From NCBI GenBank assembly GCA_963705705.1, contig CAVPKK010000005.1, positions 96,001 through 160,000 of the forward strand: a stretch of 64,000 nucleotides of DNA. Direction: 5' to 3'. A program made the translations under genes and the position numbers. The DNA is from an uncultured bacterium (GTDB lineage: Bacteria; Babelota; Babeliae; Babelales; JABCYS01). Every line of letters begins with the position of its first letter. Positions within the stretch are counted from its first letter, which is position 1. Under the pieces are notes generated by a model. It was not told where the DNA came from. It worked only from the letters and a program-made list of their open reading frames with translations, and searched no databases. Below, piece after piece: positions 9,943-19,513 of this stretch.

Positions 9943-10983
9943 CTATAAATCTTCATCATCATTATCCATTTTCTTCAACTCAGCCATCTTCATTTCAATG
10001 CCAGATATTGAATCAGCATCGGGAGTTGGACCTTCAGTTTGTGCTGTTGGAGATGGAGATGGTGCCGGCGTATGCGTTAACGACGAGGATGGTGATGGTG
10101 TTGTAATTGAATGAAATTGTTGTGGCTCTAACTCATTGATTCTACGCTCGATGTTTGCCACATATGCATCAAATTTCGTTGCTAATGGTTTGGCCGATAT
10201 ATATTTAGTGGCAGCCTGCTTTGCAATTGCACGCAAATCTTTTGCAAAAGGGAGATGCATATGAAGCAGTTCAAGCGGTGATGCATTAATTAATTCCATT
10301 GCTCTATTTAGAAGATTCAGGGCATTTGTATAATGAAACTTGCGCTGTTCTGGTGCAAAATGGGCAAGTGACATTTGGGTATTGGCCGCATTGGCATAAT
10401 CAGATACGAGAATGTTAGCAAATCGGTTGAGTAATAGATTGAAGTATTTTTCTGCATTCGCCAGATATTCCTTAGAATACTGACGTACCCCTAAACTATG
10501 GTATAGGCCAGCGGCATGTCTGAAATCATCCCCCTTCAGATCATCACGATGAGCCGTTTTTATCATTTTGTCGGCAAATTGAGCAGCCCAATTCATCCAC
10601 TTAAGGATCTCATGGTTGTTTTCGACAGTAATATAATATGGCCAACTGATTGCCGCACAACTAACTACTTTCCGATAATCTTCTAATGTTCTGAAAATTT
10701 GATCGCCATTTTGCGTGAATGTTCTGGTCACGATATCGCGCATTAATACGGGCGCCCACTGAAGAAGTTTAGCGCGGCGCTCTGGGTTATCAGGGTTAGT
10801 TGTTGCATCCACCTTAAGCTTGAAATGATGAAATTGTTGGAAGATTTTACGCTTTTCCGCTTCTTGCTGATCTACTATAGGTTCGATTGTAGGCGTTGCT
10901 GAGGTGCCAAAAAGATTGGTGCTCGCGACTATTGCAAGGGATAGGAGTAAAAATGAGTTTCGATTTTTGAGATGCTTCGTCAT
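9943..10983 (-). CDS. Secreted helical-repeat protein, short array member lacking the F-box region
   Basis: GGAGG RBS before ATG 10983; signal peptide; DDFRHAAG..AEKYFNLL and KYISAKPL resemble the neighbours' C-terminal domain. Confidence 0.75.
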   Translation of the reverse strand: MTKHLKNRNSFLLLSLAIVASTNLFGTSATPTIEPIVDQQEAEKRKIFQQFHHFKLKVDATTNPDNPERRAKLLQWAPVLMRDIVTRTFTQNGDQIFRTLEDYRKVVSCAAISWPYYITVENNHEILKWMNWAAQFADKMIKTAHRDDLKGDDFRHAAGLYHSLGVRQYSKEYLANAEKYFNLLLNRFANILVSDYANAANTQMSLAHFAPEQRKFHYTNALNLLNRAMELINASPLELLHMHLPFAKDLRAIAKQAATKYISAKPLATKFDAYVANIERRINELEPQQFHSITTPSPSSSLTHTPAPSPSPTAQTEGPTPDADSISGIEMKMAELKKMDNDDEDL

Positions 10984-11064
10984 GGGTGTTTCCTCCATTT
11001 AAGTTTGCATCTAGTATCCCGGTAAGGGCTCTTATTGTCAAAAGCCTCGCCTTGGCTGGAGACA

Positions 11065-11098
11065 AAAAATCGCCCGATCTCATTGAGACTAGGCGATT
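11065..11098 (-). terminator. Intrinsic terminator of the XRE/S24 gene
   Basis: AATCGCCTAGTCTCA-a-TGAGATCGGGCGATT followed by a T run on the minus strand. Confidence 0.7.
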
Positions 11099-11138
11099 AA
11101 ATTAAGCTAGGGGATAGTGGGTCCAGGGCTCGCCCTGG

Positions 11139-11822
11139 CTACTGGAATTTTTGGATGCGTTGGATTACGCGGCCGATGATGCGGAAATGGTCTTTCCCTT
11201 TTACCAGAGCAGTCGGCGCACCTTTTTGGTTGATCGACTCAAGGACTACAAATTCCTCGCTGGTGGTCATTCGTACAATGCCTTTGACCGGGGTTTCATT
11301 GCCATATTCTACGGCTGCTATATCACCGGAGCGTGCAGGAACTTCTGGTGAAATAACCAAGAGGTCACCTTTATGGAATATCGGCGCATGGGTATTGGTA
11401 TCTAAGCATAGGGCAAACATATTACCATCATTAGTATTGAGCATAGGAATGAATTGGTCTTTGAATCCAGTGGTTGTTTGCAGAAGTTGGTTGTTATATG
11501 GAGATGGGTTTGAAGGGATTTCGCCAATGACAGGCACAATTTGGACTTTAAGTTGAATATCACTCTTTTCTGGCAGGCTTACGTTGCTTTCCACGTCATC
11601 AGTCCGCTTTCGGCGGATGGCAAAGATCTCAAGCGGGCTGAGCTCAAACGCCTGGGCCAGTTTTCGAAGAGAGTCTTCGTTCCAGCGGCGGGTGCCATTT
11701 TTGATGTGGGTTAGATAGCTTTCTGACAAGCCAGTTTTTTCTGCTAAAATCTTAGTCGTCCAACCCTTTTCACGTAGGAGTTCTTTGACTCGTAGCTCGG
11801 TTGGTTTGGTGGTGATAGACAT
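11139..11822 (-). CDS. XRE-family HTH regulator with degenerate S24 (LexA/CI-like) domain
   Basis: N-terminal HTH (LLREKGWTTKILAEKTGLSESYLTHIKNG); C-terminal FALCL..KGDLLVISP..IIGRVI. Confidence 0.85.
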   Translation of the reverse strand: MSITTKPTELRVKELLREKGWTTKILAEKTGLSESYLTHIKNGTRRWNEDSLRKLAQAFELSPLEIFAIRRKRTDDVESNVSLPEKSDIQLKVQIVPVIGEIPSNPSPYNNQLLQTTTGFKDQFIPMLNTNDGNMFALCLDTNTHAPIFHKGDLLVISPEVPARSGDIAAVEYGNETPVKGIVRMTTSEEFVVLESINQKGAPTALVKGKDHFRIIGRVIQRIQKFQ

Positions 11823-12060
11823 TTAAGTCTCCTAATTCATCCAGCTGAAGTTTGGGTTAATTAAAGTTTCATATTTTTATACACATGGTATAGAGGGAAA
11901 CTGGGCTCGTCAAATGGGTCGGAGCTATATATAAGCCCTTCCGATCAGGGGCGGGCTTGCTGCTAGGGGGCGATTCATATCGTCAGGCTTTTGTGCCATT
12001 ATCTTAGCGATAGATTGACACCCTGTAACATTCAGTAACCAAAATAGATGAAAAGACAGC

Positions 12061-12822
12061 ATGAGCCGCACATCGGTAGATAGCAAAATTCTTAAAGATC
12101 AGTTTGAACGGGCGGCTTGGGAGGCTGGGCAACTCGTATGCGGGGTAGACGAGGTGGGCCGTGGATGCCTGGCCGGGCCAGTAGTGGTTGGGGCCTGCAT
12201 TTTGTACCCCGGCAAGAGCTCTCGTAAGGTCAAAGACTCCAAATTATTGACTGAAGATGAGCGCCAGGCGGCCTACAATTGGATTATAAAGAACAGTTGG
12301 TATGGCATTGGTATTGTTACCCCAACCCAAATTGATACCTATAATATATACCAGGCAACTTTGATAGCGATGAAACGGGCAGTTATGCAGGTAATGGCGG
12401 CTTGTCCTAAGCGTCCAAATATGGTTCTCATTGATGCTATGCCTCTCAAATTAAACGGGGAAAATTATAAAGACATTACCGTCCATTATTTTCCTCAGGG
12501 TGAGCGGAAATCGAGTTCTATTGCGGCTGCTTCAATTATTGCTAAAGTACGGCGCGATGCGCTTATGACTCGCATGGAACAGGTCATTCCTGGGTATGGG
12601 TTTGCTAGTCACAAAGGGTATGCAACTGACGTCCATTGCACCGCATTGCGGGCCTCAGGTAAAACTATCATTCATCGCAACAGCTTTTTGAGCTTTTTGG
12701 ATAGGCCTGAACAGTTGAATTTGATTGAGGTAGCGGCAATTCAGGAAGATTCTGCGTCATTAGAGCTGGTACCAATACTAAATACTGAGGTAGCTAATGG
12801 ATCAACAGCTAGCCAAGTCTAA
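12061..12822 (+). CDS. rnhB: Ribonuclease HII
   Basis: GVDEVGRGCLAGPV, DSK, IAAASIIAKV, HKGY, HRNSF motifs. Confidence 0.95.
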   Translation: MSRTSVDSKILKDQFERAAWEAGQLVCGVDEVGRGCLAGPVVVGACILYPGKSSRKVKDSKLLTEDERQAAYNWIIKNSWYGIGIVTPTQIDTYNIYQATLIAMKRAVMQVMAACPKRPNMVLIDAMPLKLNGENYKDITVHYFPQGERKSSSIAAASIIAKVRRDALMTRMEQVIPGYGFASHKGYATDVHCTALRASGKTIIHRNSFLSFLDRPEQLNLIEVAAIQEDSASLELVPILNTEVANGSTASQV

Positions 12823-13420
12823 AATTTCACAATCGAATTCTTTTGCGGAGGTCGTCGAAAGCAACCTTCAACAGTTTGTAGCCCAATGTTGGCAATGGGA
12901 TTTTTTTCCCGCTTTTGGGTCATTAGTCACCGTCAAAAGTGGCTCGCGAACCATTATTGGCGTTGTGCATCAGACACAGACCGGTTCGATGGATCCAACA
13001 CGGTATCCATTCCCCTATCAAAAAACGGAAGAAGAGCTGCAACGAGAGCAGCCACAAATTTTCGAATTTTTGCGAACGACATTCTCTTGTCTGACTATTG
13101 GCTACAAGGAAAAAGGTGTGTTTCATTATGCCTTGGCACCGCAGCCTTCTAAAATTCATGCATTCGTCGAGCATGCAGACAAAGAATTAATCCAGCAGTT
13201 TTATAGCTCCGATTTATATCTGCATGTGCTGTTTGGCATGGCCGGCTCGGTATTTAATTTGGATGAGCTGTTATTAGCTATGTTGCGCGGCGTCAAAGAA
13301 GAAGGCTTATTAAGCGATATAAAAATGAGCAATTTTATTGAAACTTTTTCATTGCACACGGGCAATGATTATCGTCGGCTCAAGCTATTCCTACAGCGAA
13401 TCGAGGGCATACGGTCATGA
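12797..13420 (+). CDS. HAS-barrel-like domain protein
   Basis: FAEVVES..FVAQCW...PAFGSLV..IIGVV; resembles stand-alone HAS-barrel proteins; coupled to rnhB and ftsY. Confidence 0.6.
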   Translation: MDQQLAKSKISQSNSFAEVVESNLQQFVAQCWQWDFFPAFGSLVTVKSGSRTIIGVVHQTQTGSMDPTRYPFPYQKTEEELQREQPQIFEFLRTTFSCLTIGYKEKGVFHYALAPQPSKIHAFVEHADKELIQQFYSSDLYLHVLFGMAGSVFNLDELLLAMLRGVKEEGLLSDIKMSNFIETFSLHTGNDYRRLKLFLQRIEGIRS

Positions 13421-14286
13421 TTTCCTTCTTCAAAGAAAAATTAAAGAAGGTTTTCAGTGTATTTGACGCCGTCCGGAGCTTGTTCTCGCGCAATAAACTT
13501 GATGAACATGAGCTCAAAGAGCTTGAGGTAACATTAATTAAGGCCGATGTCGGGGTAAAAACGGCACGTTCAATCATAGAAGCTGTTCGAAAAAATAATT
13601 CTGCCGATAAAACGGTTCGCGAAATTGTTATTGATGAATTCAATAAGGCGCTTATCCCCTATCCAAATTCTGAATCTCGTATCTATTTATTGATCGGCAT
13701 CAATGGCAGCGGCAAAACAAGCTTAGCGGGCAAATTGGCCTATCGATTAAAGCAAGAAAATAGAAAAGTGCTTATGGTCGCCGGTGATACCTTCCGGGCA
13801 GCTGCTCCCGAACAACTACAATCATGGGCAGTTCGTGCTGGCGTTGATATTGTTATGGGTGCTCAAGAGCAAGATCCTGCATCGGTTATATATAATGGAT
13901 GCGCACAATTTAGCGATGGTACATATGATGCTCTGATTATTGATACGGCGGGCCGATTACAAACTAAGGTGCCGCTTATGAAAGAGTTGGAAAAAATTAA
14001 GCGAACCATTACTAAACAGCTGCCTGATGAACCGATTACAACATTGGTCGTACTCGATAGCATGCTTGGGCAAAATAGTTTAGAGCAGGCTCGCTTATTT
14101 AATGAATCAACTCCGCTCAGCGGTATGGTGCTTACCAAAATGGATGGCACCGGCAAAGGCGGCATTGTATTTGCCATCTCATCTGAGCTTAATATTCCTA
14201 TAACGTACATTTCTTGCGGCGAGAAGATCGAAGATCTACAGCCATTTAATGCTACTGAATTTATACATCAAATTGTTGGTGACTGA
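13417..14286 (+). CDS. ftsY: SRP receptor FtsY
   Basis: GINGSGKTS, DTFRAAA, DTAGRLQT, TKMDGTGKGG. Confidence 0.95.
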   Translation: MISFFKEKLKKVFSVFDAVRSLFSRNKLDEHELKELEVTLIKADVGVKTARSIIEAVRKNNSADKTVREIVIDEFNKALIPYPNSESRIYLLIGINGSGKTSLAGKLAYRLKQENRKVLMVAGDTFRAAAPEQLQSWAVRAGVDIVMGAQEQDPASVIYNGCAQFSDGTYDALIIDTAGRLQTKVPLMKELEKIKRTITKQLPDEPITTLVVLDSMLGQNSLEQARLFNESTPLSGMVLTKMDGTGKGGIVFAISSELNIPITYISCGEKIEDLQPFNATEFIHQIVGD

Positions 14287-14290
14287 TTTA

Positions 14291-16675
14291 TTACGCAGTT
14301 CTTACATTCTGCGCTGGTTTTACAACCTTCGATACTGATTTATTGCCACGTTTATCGATATCAGCAATTGCAGTCTTAATATTGCTCGATATTTCAGCAG
14401 GCAATTTGTTATTCAATAACGATGTAAGACGTTGCTTGGCCAAATCTGATTTGCCCAGGCGATCTAAACAATCTGCAAGGCGCAATTGAACATTAACAAG
14501 TTCCGGTTTTTGTTTTACCACCTGTGCAAAATATTGGGTGGCTTTATCGAATCTGCCGTTCTTATAATAAACTTCAGCCAAATTGTTCATGCCACGCAAA
14601 TCGCCTGGCATGCGCTTTAAGAATTCTTCATAAGCGGCAACAGCATGCGGTATATCACCCTTAAAGTAGAGTGCATTAGCGATTAAAAAGACCGCTTCAT
14701 GCAATCCAGGATTTAGAGTCAGGAGCTTTTGATAGCCATAAATCGCATCATCATATTTTTTGAGTTGCATACTCAATCGTGCATATTCATGAACGCCAGC
14801 CACATTGTTATCAAAGTCGCCATGTACTGCGGCATTCTTAAATGACTGCCATGCGCGTTCTAGGCAAGCTACTTTTTCTTTTTCTTCTTTTGCTAGATCG
14901 GCCTTAGCCAATGAAATACGCGCTCGATTGTAATGTGCTTTGCCGTAATATGGGCGAAGCGTGATCGCAATATCTAAGAACTTTTCAGCGATATCAAATT
15001 CCTTCTTCTGGATGTAGAAGGAAGCTAAATTGTTGTGCGCTTCTGGGTAGTATGGATGGATGCGAAGACCTTGTTTAAGCACATCAATCGCTTCGTCTAT
15101 TTTGCCCAATGAAGAAAATGCAACTGCCAAGTTATTTATCGGATCGGGATAGATACGATCCATCTGAATTGCTTTTTTAAAGTGTGGAATCGCTTCTTTG
15201 TATTTACCATTTTCTGATAAAGCTACGCCATAGTTGTTATATGCACGAGCACGGCCTGGTGCATTTTTTAAAACATTCTCCCAAAAAGCTTCGCCTGAAC
15301 TCCATACTTTATTGCGATCATACGTCCCTACTGCTAGAAGTGATGCGCATGTCACTATCGGTAGATATTGGAGGGCTGCCCACCTGGTTTTTTTTTCAGT
15401 ATTAGGATCTGATTCACCGCTTAGGCGCAGAGCTACATATTCAATGGCATATACCAATACCGCGGCGAGCACAAAGAGCCAGCCAACAGAGGCGAGATAG
15501 GTTTTATAATCTGCAACTAGTTCTGTTGCAGGAATAAATGATGCACGTGGTGCTATCGTAATAAAGAACCATAAAAGGCCAAAACTAACCAAACTGGTTG
15601 TGTTGCGTTTGAGAAGCATGTATATGTAGGCACCAATAGCGAGTAGTGCTGCCAATGGCAAAATGCAATCAGGAGCAAACACGCCTTTAACCATCTTCCA
15701 ATCATAGTCAACGCTGATGTTGAATGGCCAGAGGAAGATGCCAAGATAATGCAAAATAACTTTGAATTGTGAGATGAAGAATGGCCATGGTCTAATCAGA
15801 TCAGTACGATTCTCAGTGAGCTCATTACCAATATTATTTGGTAATGCTTTTTTCATGGTAAGTATTTCAATAAAGAAGCTTGGCTTCAGGAAATAGAGGT
15901 AAAGCAGCCATACGATGCTGGCAACCATTGCGTGCTGCCACCAGCGTGATTTTAGACTTTTCCAATCACCTTGGGCAACAAAGAACCAATCAACTAATAC
16001 GAGCAGTACAGGAGATATAATCGCGCACTCTTTGGTGCCAGTCGAAAGCGCAGCTAACACAAAAAGAAGCAGGCCAAGCAGTGCCTTGCCTACAGTGTTT
16101 TGCACGCTATTAAGTAGTAAAAAGCAGCAGATCATTAACAGAATAAATAGTCCAGCAAGTCCTTCCAACCGACCTTGAATCACATACGACACGGTTTGTG
16201 ATTGCACGGGATGAAGCATGAATAGCGTCGCGGTAAAGAGCGCGATTGGGTATGCGTTGGAATGGAAGAATGAATTGCTAAAACGCGACTCTTGATCCTT
16301 GGAATTTTTTGGTTTGCGCAGTAATGACAATGCATAGTATACGAAGAAGAAAACAATTAATGAGGTGAAAATATGAAAACAGATATTGAATAATCGATAA
16401 TAATGTGGGTCTAATGGATTTCCAGTTCCCATGCGATAATTCATTGCATTGAGCCAGGTGCCAATCCAACGCGCATGATGGAAAAATAGAGATTTAAATG
16501 TCTCGGTACGAATATTAAAAAATTTAAGAATGTTGGCGATGTCATCAAATTGAAATGCATAATCTACTGATTGATAATAGACCCAGAAGGTGGTGGCAGC
16601 TAATGCCAGCGGGGCTATAACAAACTTAAGCAGTTTTGATAGTAGTGATTCTGATTGTGTGTGTGTAAGTTCCAT
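14291..16675 (-). CDS. TMTC-like GT-C membrane glycosyltransferase with C-terminal TPRs
   Basis: N-terminal TM then FQFDD; LHPVQSQTVSYV; KE motif; multiple TMs; YLAS; TPRs (RAYNNYGVAL..); RBS before ATG 16675. Confidence 0.8.
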   Translation of the reverse strand: MELTHTQSESLLSKLLKFVIAPLALAATTFWVYYQSVDYAFQFDDIANILKFFNIRTETFKSLFFHHARWIGTWLNAMNYRMGTGNPLDPHYYRLFNICFHIFTSLIVFFFVYYALSLLRKPKNSKDQESRFSNSFFHSNAYPIALFTATLFMLHPVQSQTVSYVIQGRLEGLAGLFILLMICCFLLLNSVQNTVGKALLGLLLFVLAALSTGTKECAIISPVLLVLVDWFFVAQGDWKSLKSRWWQHAMVASIVWLLYLYFLKPSFFIEILTMKKALPNNIGNELTENRTDLIRPWPFFISQFKVILHYLGIFLWPFNISVDYDWKMVKGVFAPDCILPLAALLAIGAYIYMLLKRNTTSLVSFGLLWFFITIAPRASFIPATELVADYKTYLASVGWLFVLAAVLVYAIEYVALRLSGESDPNTEKKTRWAALQYLPIVTCASLLAVGTYDRNKVWSSGEAFWENVLKNAPGRARAYNNYGVALSENGKYKEAIPHFKKAIQMDRIYPDPINNLAVAFSSLGKIDEAIDVLKQGLRIHPYYPEAHNNLASFYIQKKEFDIAEKFLDIAITLRPYYGKAHYNRARISLAKADLAKEEKEKVACLERAWQSFKNAAVHGDFDNNVAGVHEYARLSMQLKKYDDAIYGYQKLLTLNPGLHEAVFLIANALYFKGDIPHAVAAYEEFLKRMPGDLRGMNNLAEVYYKNGRFDKATQYFAQVVKQKPELVNVQLRLADCLDRLGKSDLAKQRLTSLLNNKLPAEISSNIKTAIADIDKRGNKSVSKVVKPAQNVRTA

Positions 16676-16848
16676 ATGCTCTCCCAACAAAAATTGCTGA
16701 TGTAATCGCGCCCGTAGCCCTGTTGAAGGGTGTTTGGGCATTTTTTAGTTTCACTTAACGACGGCACAGTGTATTGCAGCAAAAAAACAAGATCAATATG
16801 GATATGATATACTTGATCTTGTATGTATCTTTATATGAGTGGAAAAAA

Positions 16849-17565
16849 ATGATAACAGTACACAAGCTGGCTGGAATACTCAGCACATTCATTGCATCTG
16901 CCTTAGCATATTTTCTAGTCACTATCTTTAGCGGCTACTTACAGGCGCGCGTAGCTAAGAAGTTGGGTGATCGCACAGCGGAAGAAGCTGGATTTCTAAC
17001 ACTGAACCCGGCGGTCTATTTCGACCCGATCGGATTTATAGCATTTTTGGTGTTCAATTTTGGATGGGGCAAAATAGTTCCTATTAATCCGCTCAATTTT
17101 ACTGGCAAGCATAAACAGCTTGAAGCTCTTTTTGTTTTTAGCAGTAGAGCGGTCGCCAATTTCATATTGGCCATAACTACATTGTTTATTGGTGCTACCT
17201 GCCTTGGCGGCTTCATGCAAAATCTTCCAATGCCAGCATTTTTTGTAGCGCATGTGGGTTTAAAGAAAGCATTGGCAGTTGTAATTTTGCGCATGGCTTA
17301 TTTTAGTCTGGCGTTTGCATTTTTCTCATTTATGATGGCTATGTTGCGCTCGTTGACCTTGTTTGGTTTTTCAAAATTTCGCCTTGGTGAATGGCATGAA
17401 GCAGAATTGGTTGCTGTAGCATTAACCATTCTCTTTATTTATTTCTTTGGGGAAACCATAAACATTGCTGTGGTAGTTATCATGTACAGCATCGAAGCCT
17501 TCATTTGGCATTGGTGGTCATGGCTTGCAACGCTTCTCGGATTCATAAGTATGTATAAAAGTTAA
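16849..17565 (+). CDS. Site-2 protease (M50)-like membrane protein lacking HExxH
   Basis: VAKKLGDRTA..GFLTLNP..DPIG..FGWGKIVPINP matches the M50 family; HExxH and NxxPxxxLDG are absent. Confidence 0.75.
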   Translation: MITVHKLAGILSTFIASALAYFLVTIFSGYLQARVAKKLGDRTAEEAGFLTLNPAVYFDPIGFIAFLVFNFGWGKIVPINPLNFTGKHKQLEALFVFSSRAVANFILAITTLFIGATCLGGFMQNLPMPAFFVAHVGLKKALAVVILRMAYFSLAFAFFSFMMAMLRSLTLFGFSKFRLGEWHEAELVAVALTILFIYFFGETINIAVVVIMYSIEAFIWHWWSWLATLLGFISMYKS

Positions 17566-17573
17566 GGCACATA

Positions 17574-18782
17574 ATGTCATTTGAAAAAATACAGCGCGGC
17601 ACAGTCCAAATAATTCCTGCCGACGAACTCAAACAAAAATTGGCATCAGGTAAAAAATTAAAAATTAAGTTGGGCGTCGATCCTACGGCTCCTGATCTTC
17701 ATCTTGGCCATGCGGTTGTTTTGCGCAAGCTGCGTGAGTTTCAAGATCTTGGCCATGAAATAACATTAGTTATTGGGGATTTTACGGCGCGCATCGGCGA
17801 TCCAACGGGCCGATCAAAAACACGGCCACCACTCTCTGATGCTGATATCGCTCACAATACGCAAACATATTTGGCGCAAGTGGGCAAAATATTAGATTTA
17901 GGAACGCTGCGAGTTGAAAAAGGTGTTACGCGTGGATTGGTATCATTCAACTCTTCCTGGCTCGATCTACTCACCATGAAAGATTTTGTGCAGTTGTGTG
18001 CCAAGGTCACCGTCGCGCGTCTTTTAGAGCGTGAAGATTTTGCACAGCGCTTCAAAGAACATACGCCCATTAGTTTTCATGAACTGCTATATCCTTTATT
18101 CCAAGGCTATGATTCGGTAGCGTTAGAATCAGACGTTGAGCTTGGCGGAACCGATCAAACATTCAACTTATTGATGGGTCGATTCTTGCAGGAGCAGTTT
18201 GGCCAATCGCCGCAAGCTGTTATTACCACACCATTATTAGTCGGCTTAGATGGTGTCAATAAAATGTCTAAATCATTGGGCAATAGTATTGGCATTGCAG
18301 AGCCGGCAGATCAAGCGTATGGCAAATTAATGTCTATTTCAGACACCTTGATGTGGCAATACTATGAACTATTGGTTGGAAAATCAGCCCAAGAAATTGA
18401 GCAGATGAAAAAGGATGTGGCTTCAGGTATTGCACATCCCATGAAATTAAAAAAAGAAATGGCACATAGCATCGTGGCGAAATTTTGGTCTGCAGTGCAG
18501 GCCGATGAAGCGCAGACGCAATTTGAGGCATTGTTCCAGAAGAAAGATTACTCGCAAGCAGCTCCAGTTTCGTTGCTTGAGGGAACGCCGAATCCCATTG
18601 GCATCATCGAACTATTAAAGCTTTTAAATGCTGCACCAAGCAACACTGAAGCAAAACGCCTGATTGAAGGCGGTGCCGTGCATATCGATAGTGAAAAAAT
18701 TGAGGATATTAAGGCCTCAATTAAATGGCATGCGGGGCAAACGATTCGAGTTGGGAAACATCGGATTTATGTGCTGAGCTAG
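17574..18782 (+). CDS. tyrS: Tyrosine--tRNA ligase
   Basis: KLGVDPTAPDLHLGH, ELGGTDQTFN, KMSKS, C-terminal S4 domain. Confidence 0.97.
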   Translation: MSFEKIQRGTVQIIPADELKQKLASGKKLKIKLGVDPTAPDLHLGHAVVLRKLREFQDLGHEITLVIGDFTARIGDPTGRSKTRPPLSDADIAHNTQTYLAQVGKILDLGTLRVEKGVTRGLVSFNSSWLDLLTMKDFVQLCAKVTVARLLEREDFAQRFKEHTPISFHELLYPLFQGYDSVALESDVELGGTDQTFNLLMGRFLQEQFGQSPQAVITTPLLVGLDGVNKMSKSLGNSIGIAEPADQAYGKLMSISDTLMWQYYELLVGKSAQEIEQMKKDVASGIAHPMKLKKEMAHSIVAKFWSAVQADEAQTQFEALFQKKDYSQAAPVSLLEGTPNPIGIIELLKLLNAAPSNTEAKRLIEGGAVHIDSEKIEDIKASIKWHAGQTIRVGKHRIYVLS

Positions 18783-19446
18783 CAGGTCTAACGGCTGTTG
18801 CATGCATAAATTCCTCAACCTTTTTCATATGAGCCGCGCATAGTTCAGGATTATTTTCGAATTCTTCGTCGCAATCGAGTATTAATACGGGAACATTCTT
18901 AAGCTCAGCGATAACGCCAGATTTGTCGAGCAGGTATTCAGTGTGGCGATCATCAATCTGTTTCATATATTCCAACGTGATACCATCTTCCGAACTGCGA
19001 TTACGTTTCTGCTTTCGTTCAAAAGCAATTTCAGGTGTGGTGCGCAAGTAAATGATACCTTTTGGTGGTTTGCATTTGCCAGGCACGAGGAAATTGAACC
19101 ATTGCAAATATAAGTTCCATTCCAATGGCGTCATAAAGCCATATTCGACATTATTCTTTGTAAAAACATACATGCCCGAATATATCGATCGTTCCATTAC
19201 CAAGAATGGTGATGGATTTTGCTGCATAGCCATATGATAGCGCGCCCGTTGGATCATGGTCCATGTTTCCATGGTATAGGCCCACCGCTTTGTATCTTCG
19301 TAGAATTTGGTCAATATGGAGCCGCCATCCTCTGACTGCCAATGTTCACGTGGCTCATAGGCTATAGTGGCATAAGGAATATGCTGCGCAAGCAGAGTTA
19401 AAAAAGTGGATTTTCCAGCACCGATATTGCCTTCGACTAGATACAT
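18721..19446 (-). CDS. Deoxynucleoside kinase
   Basis: VEGNIGAGKST P-loop, EP, ERS, RxRxxE lid. Confidence 0.9.
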   Translation of the reverse strand: MYLVEGNIGAGKSTFLTLLAQHIPYATIAYEPREHWQSEDGGSILTKFYEDTKRWAYTMETWTMIQRARYHMAMQQNPSPFLVMERSIYSGMYVFTKNNVEYGFMTPLEWNLYLQWFNFLVPGKCKPPKGIIYLRTTPEIAFERKQKRNRSSEDGITLEYMKQIDDRHTEYLLDKSGVIAELKNVPVLILDCDEEFENNPELCAAHMKKVEEFMHATAVRPASSAHKSDVSQLESFAPHAI

Positions 19447-19513
19447 TTTTGCGGAACTCCTAATTGCTGTGATTTGATGGTATAAGTATCGCCGATCTAA
19501 CGGATTTTCTCAA

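Noticed and set aside
12797..13420. HerA/NurA-type repair or defence module
   Set aside because: Only a HAS-barrel-like gene is present; no HerA ATPase or nuclease partner nearby
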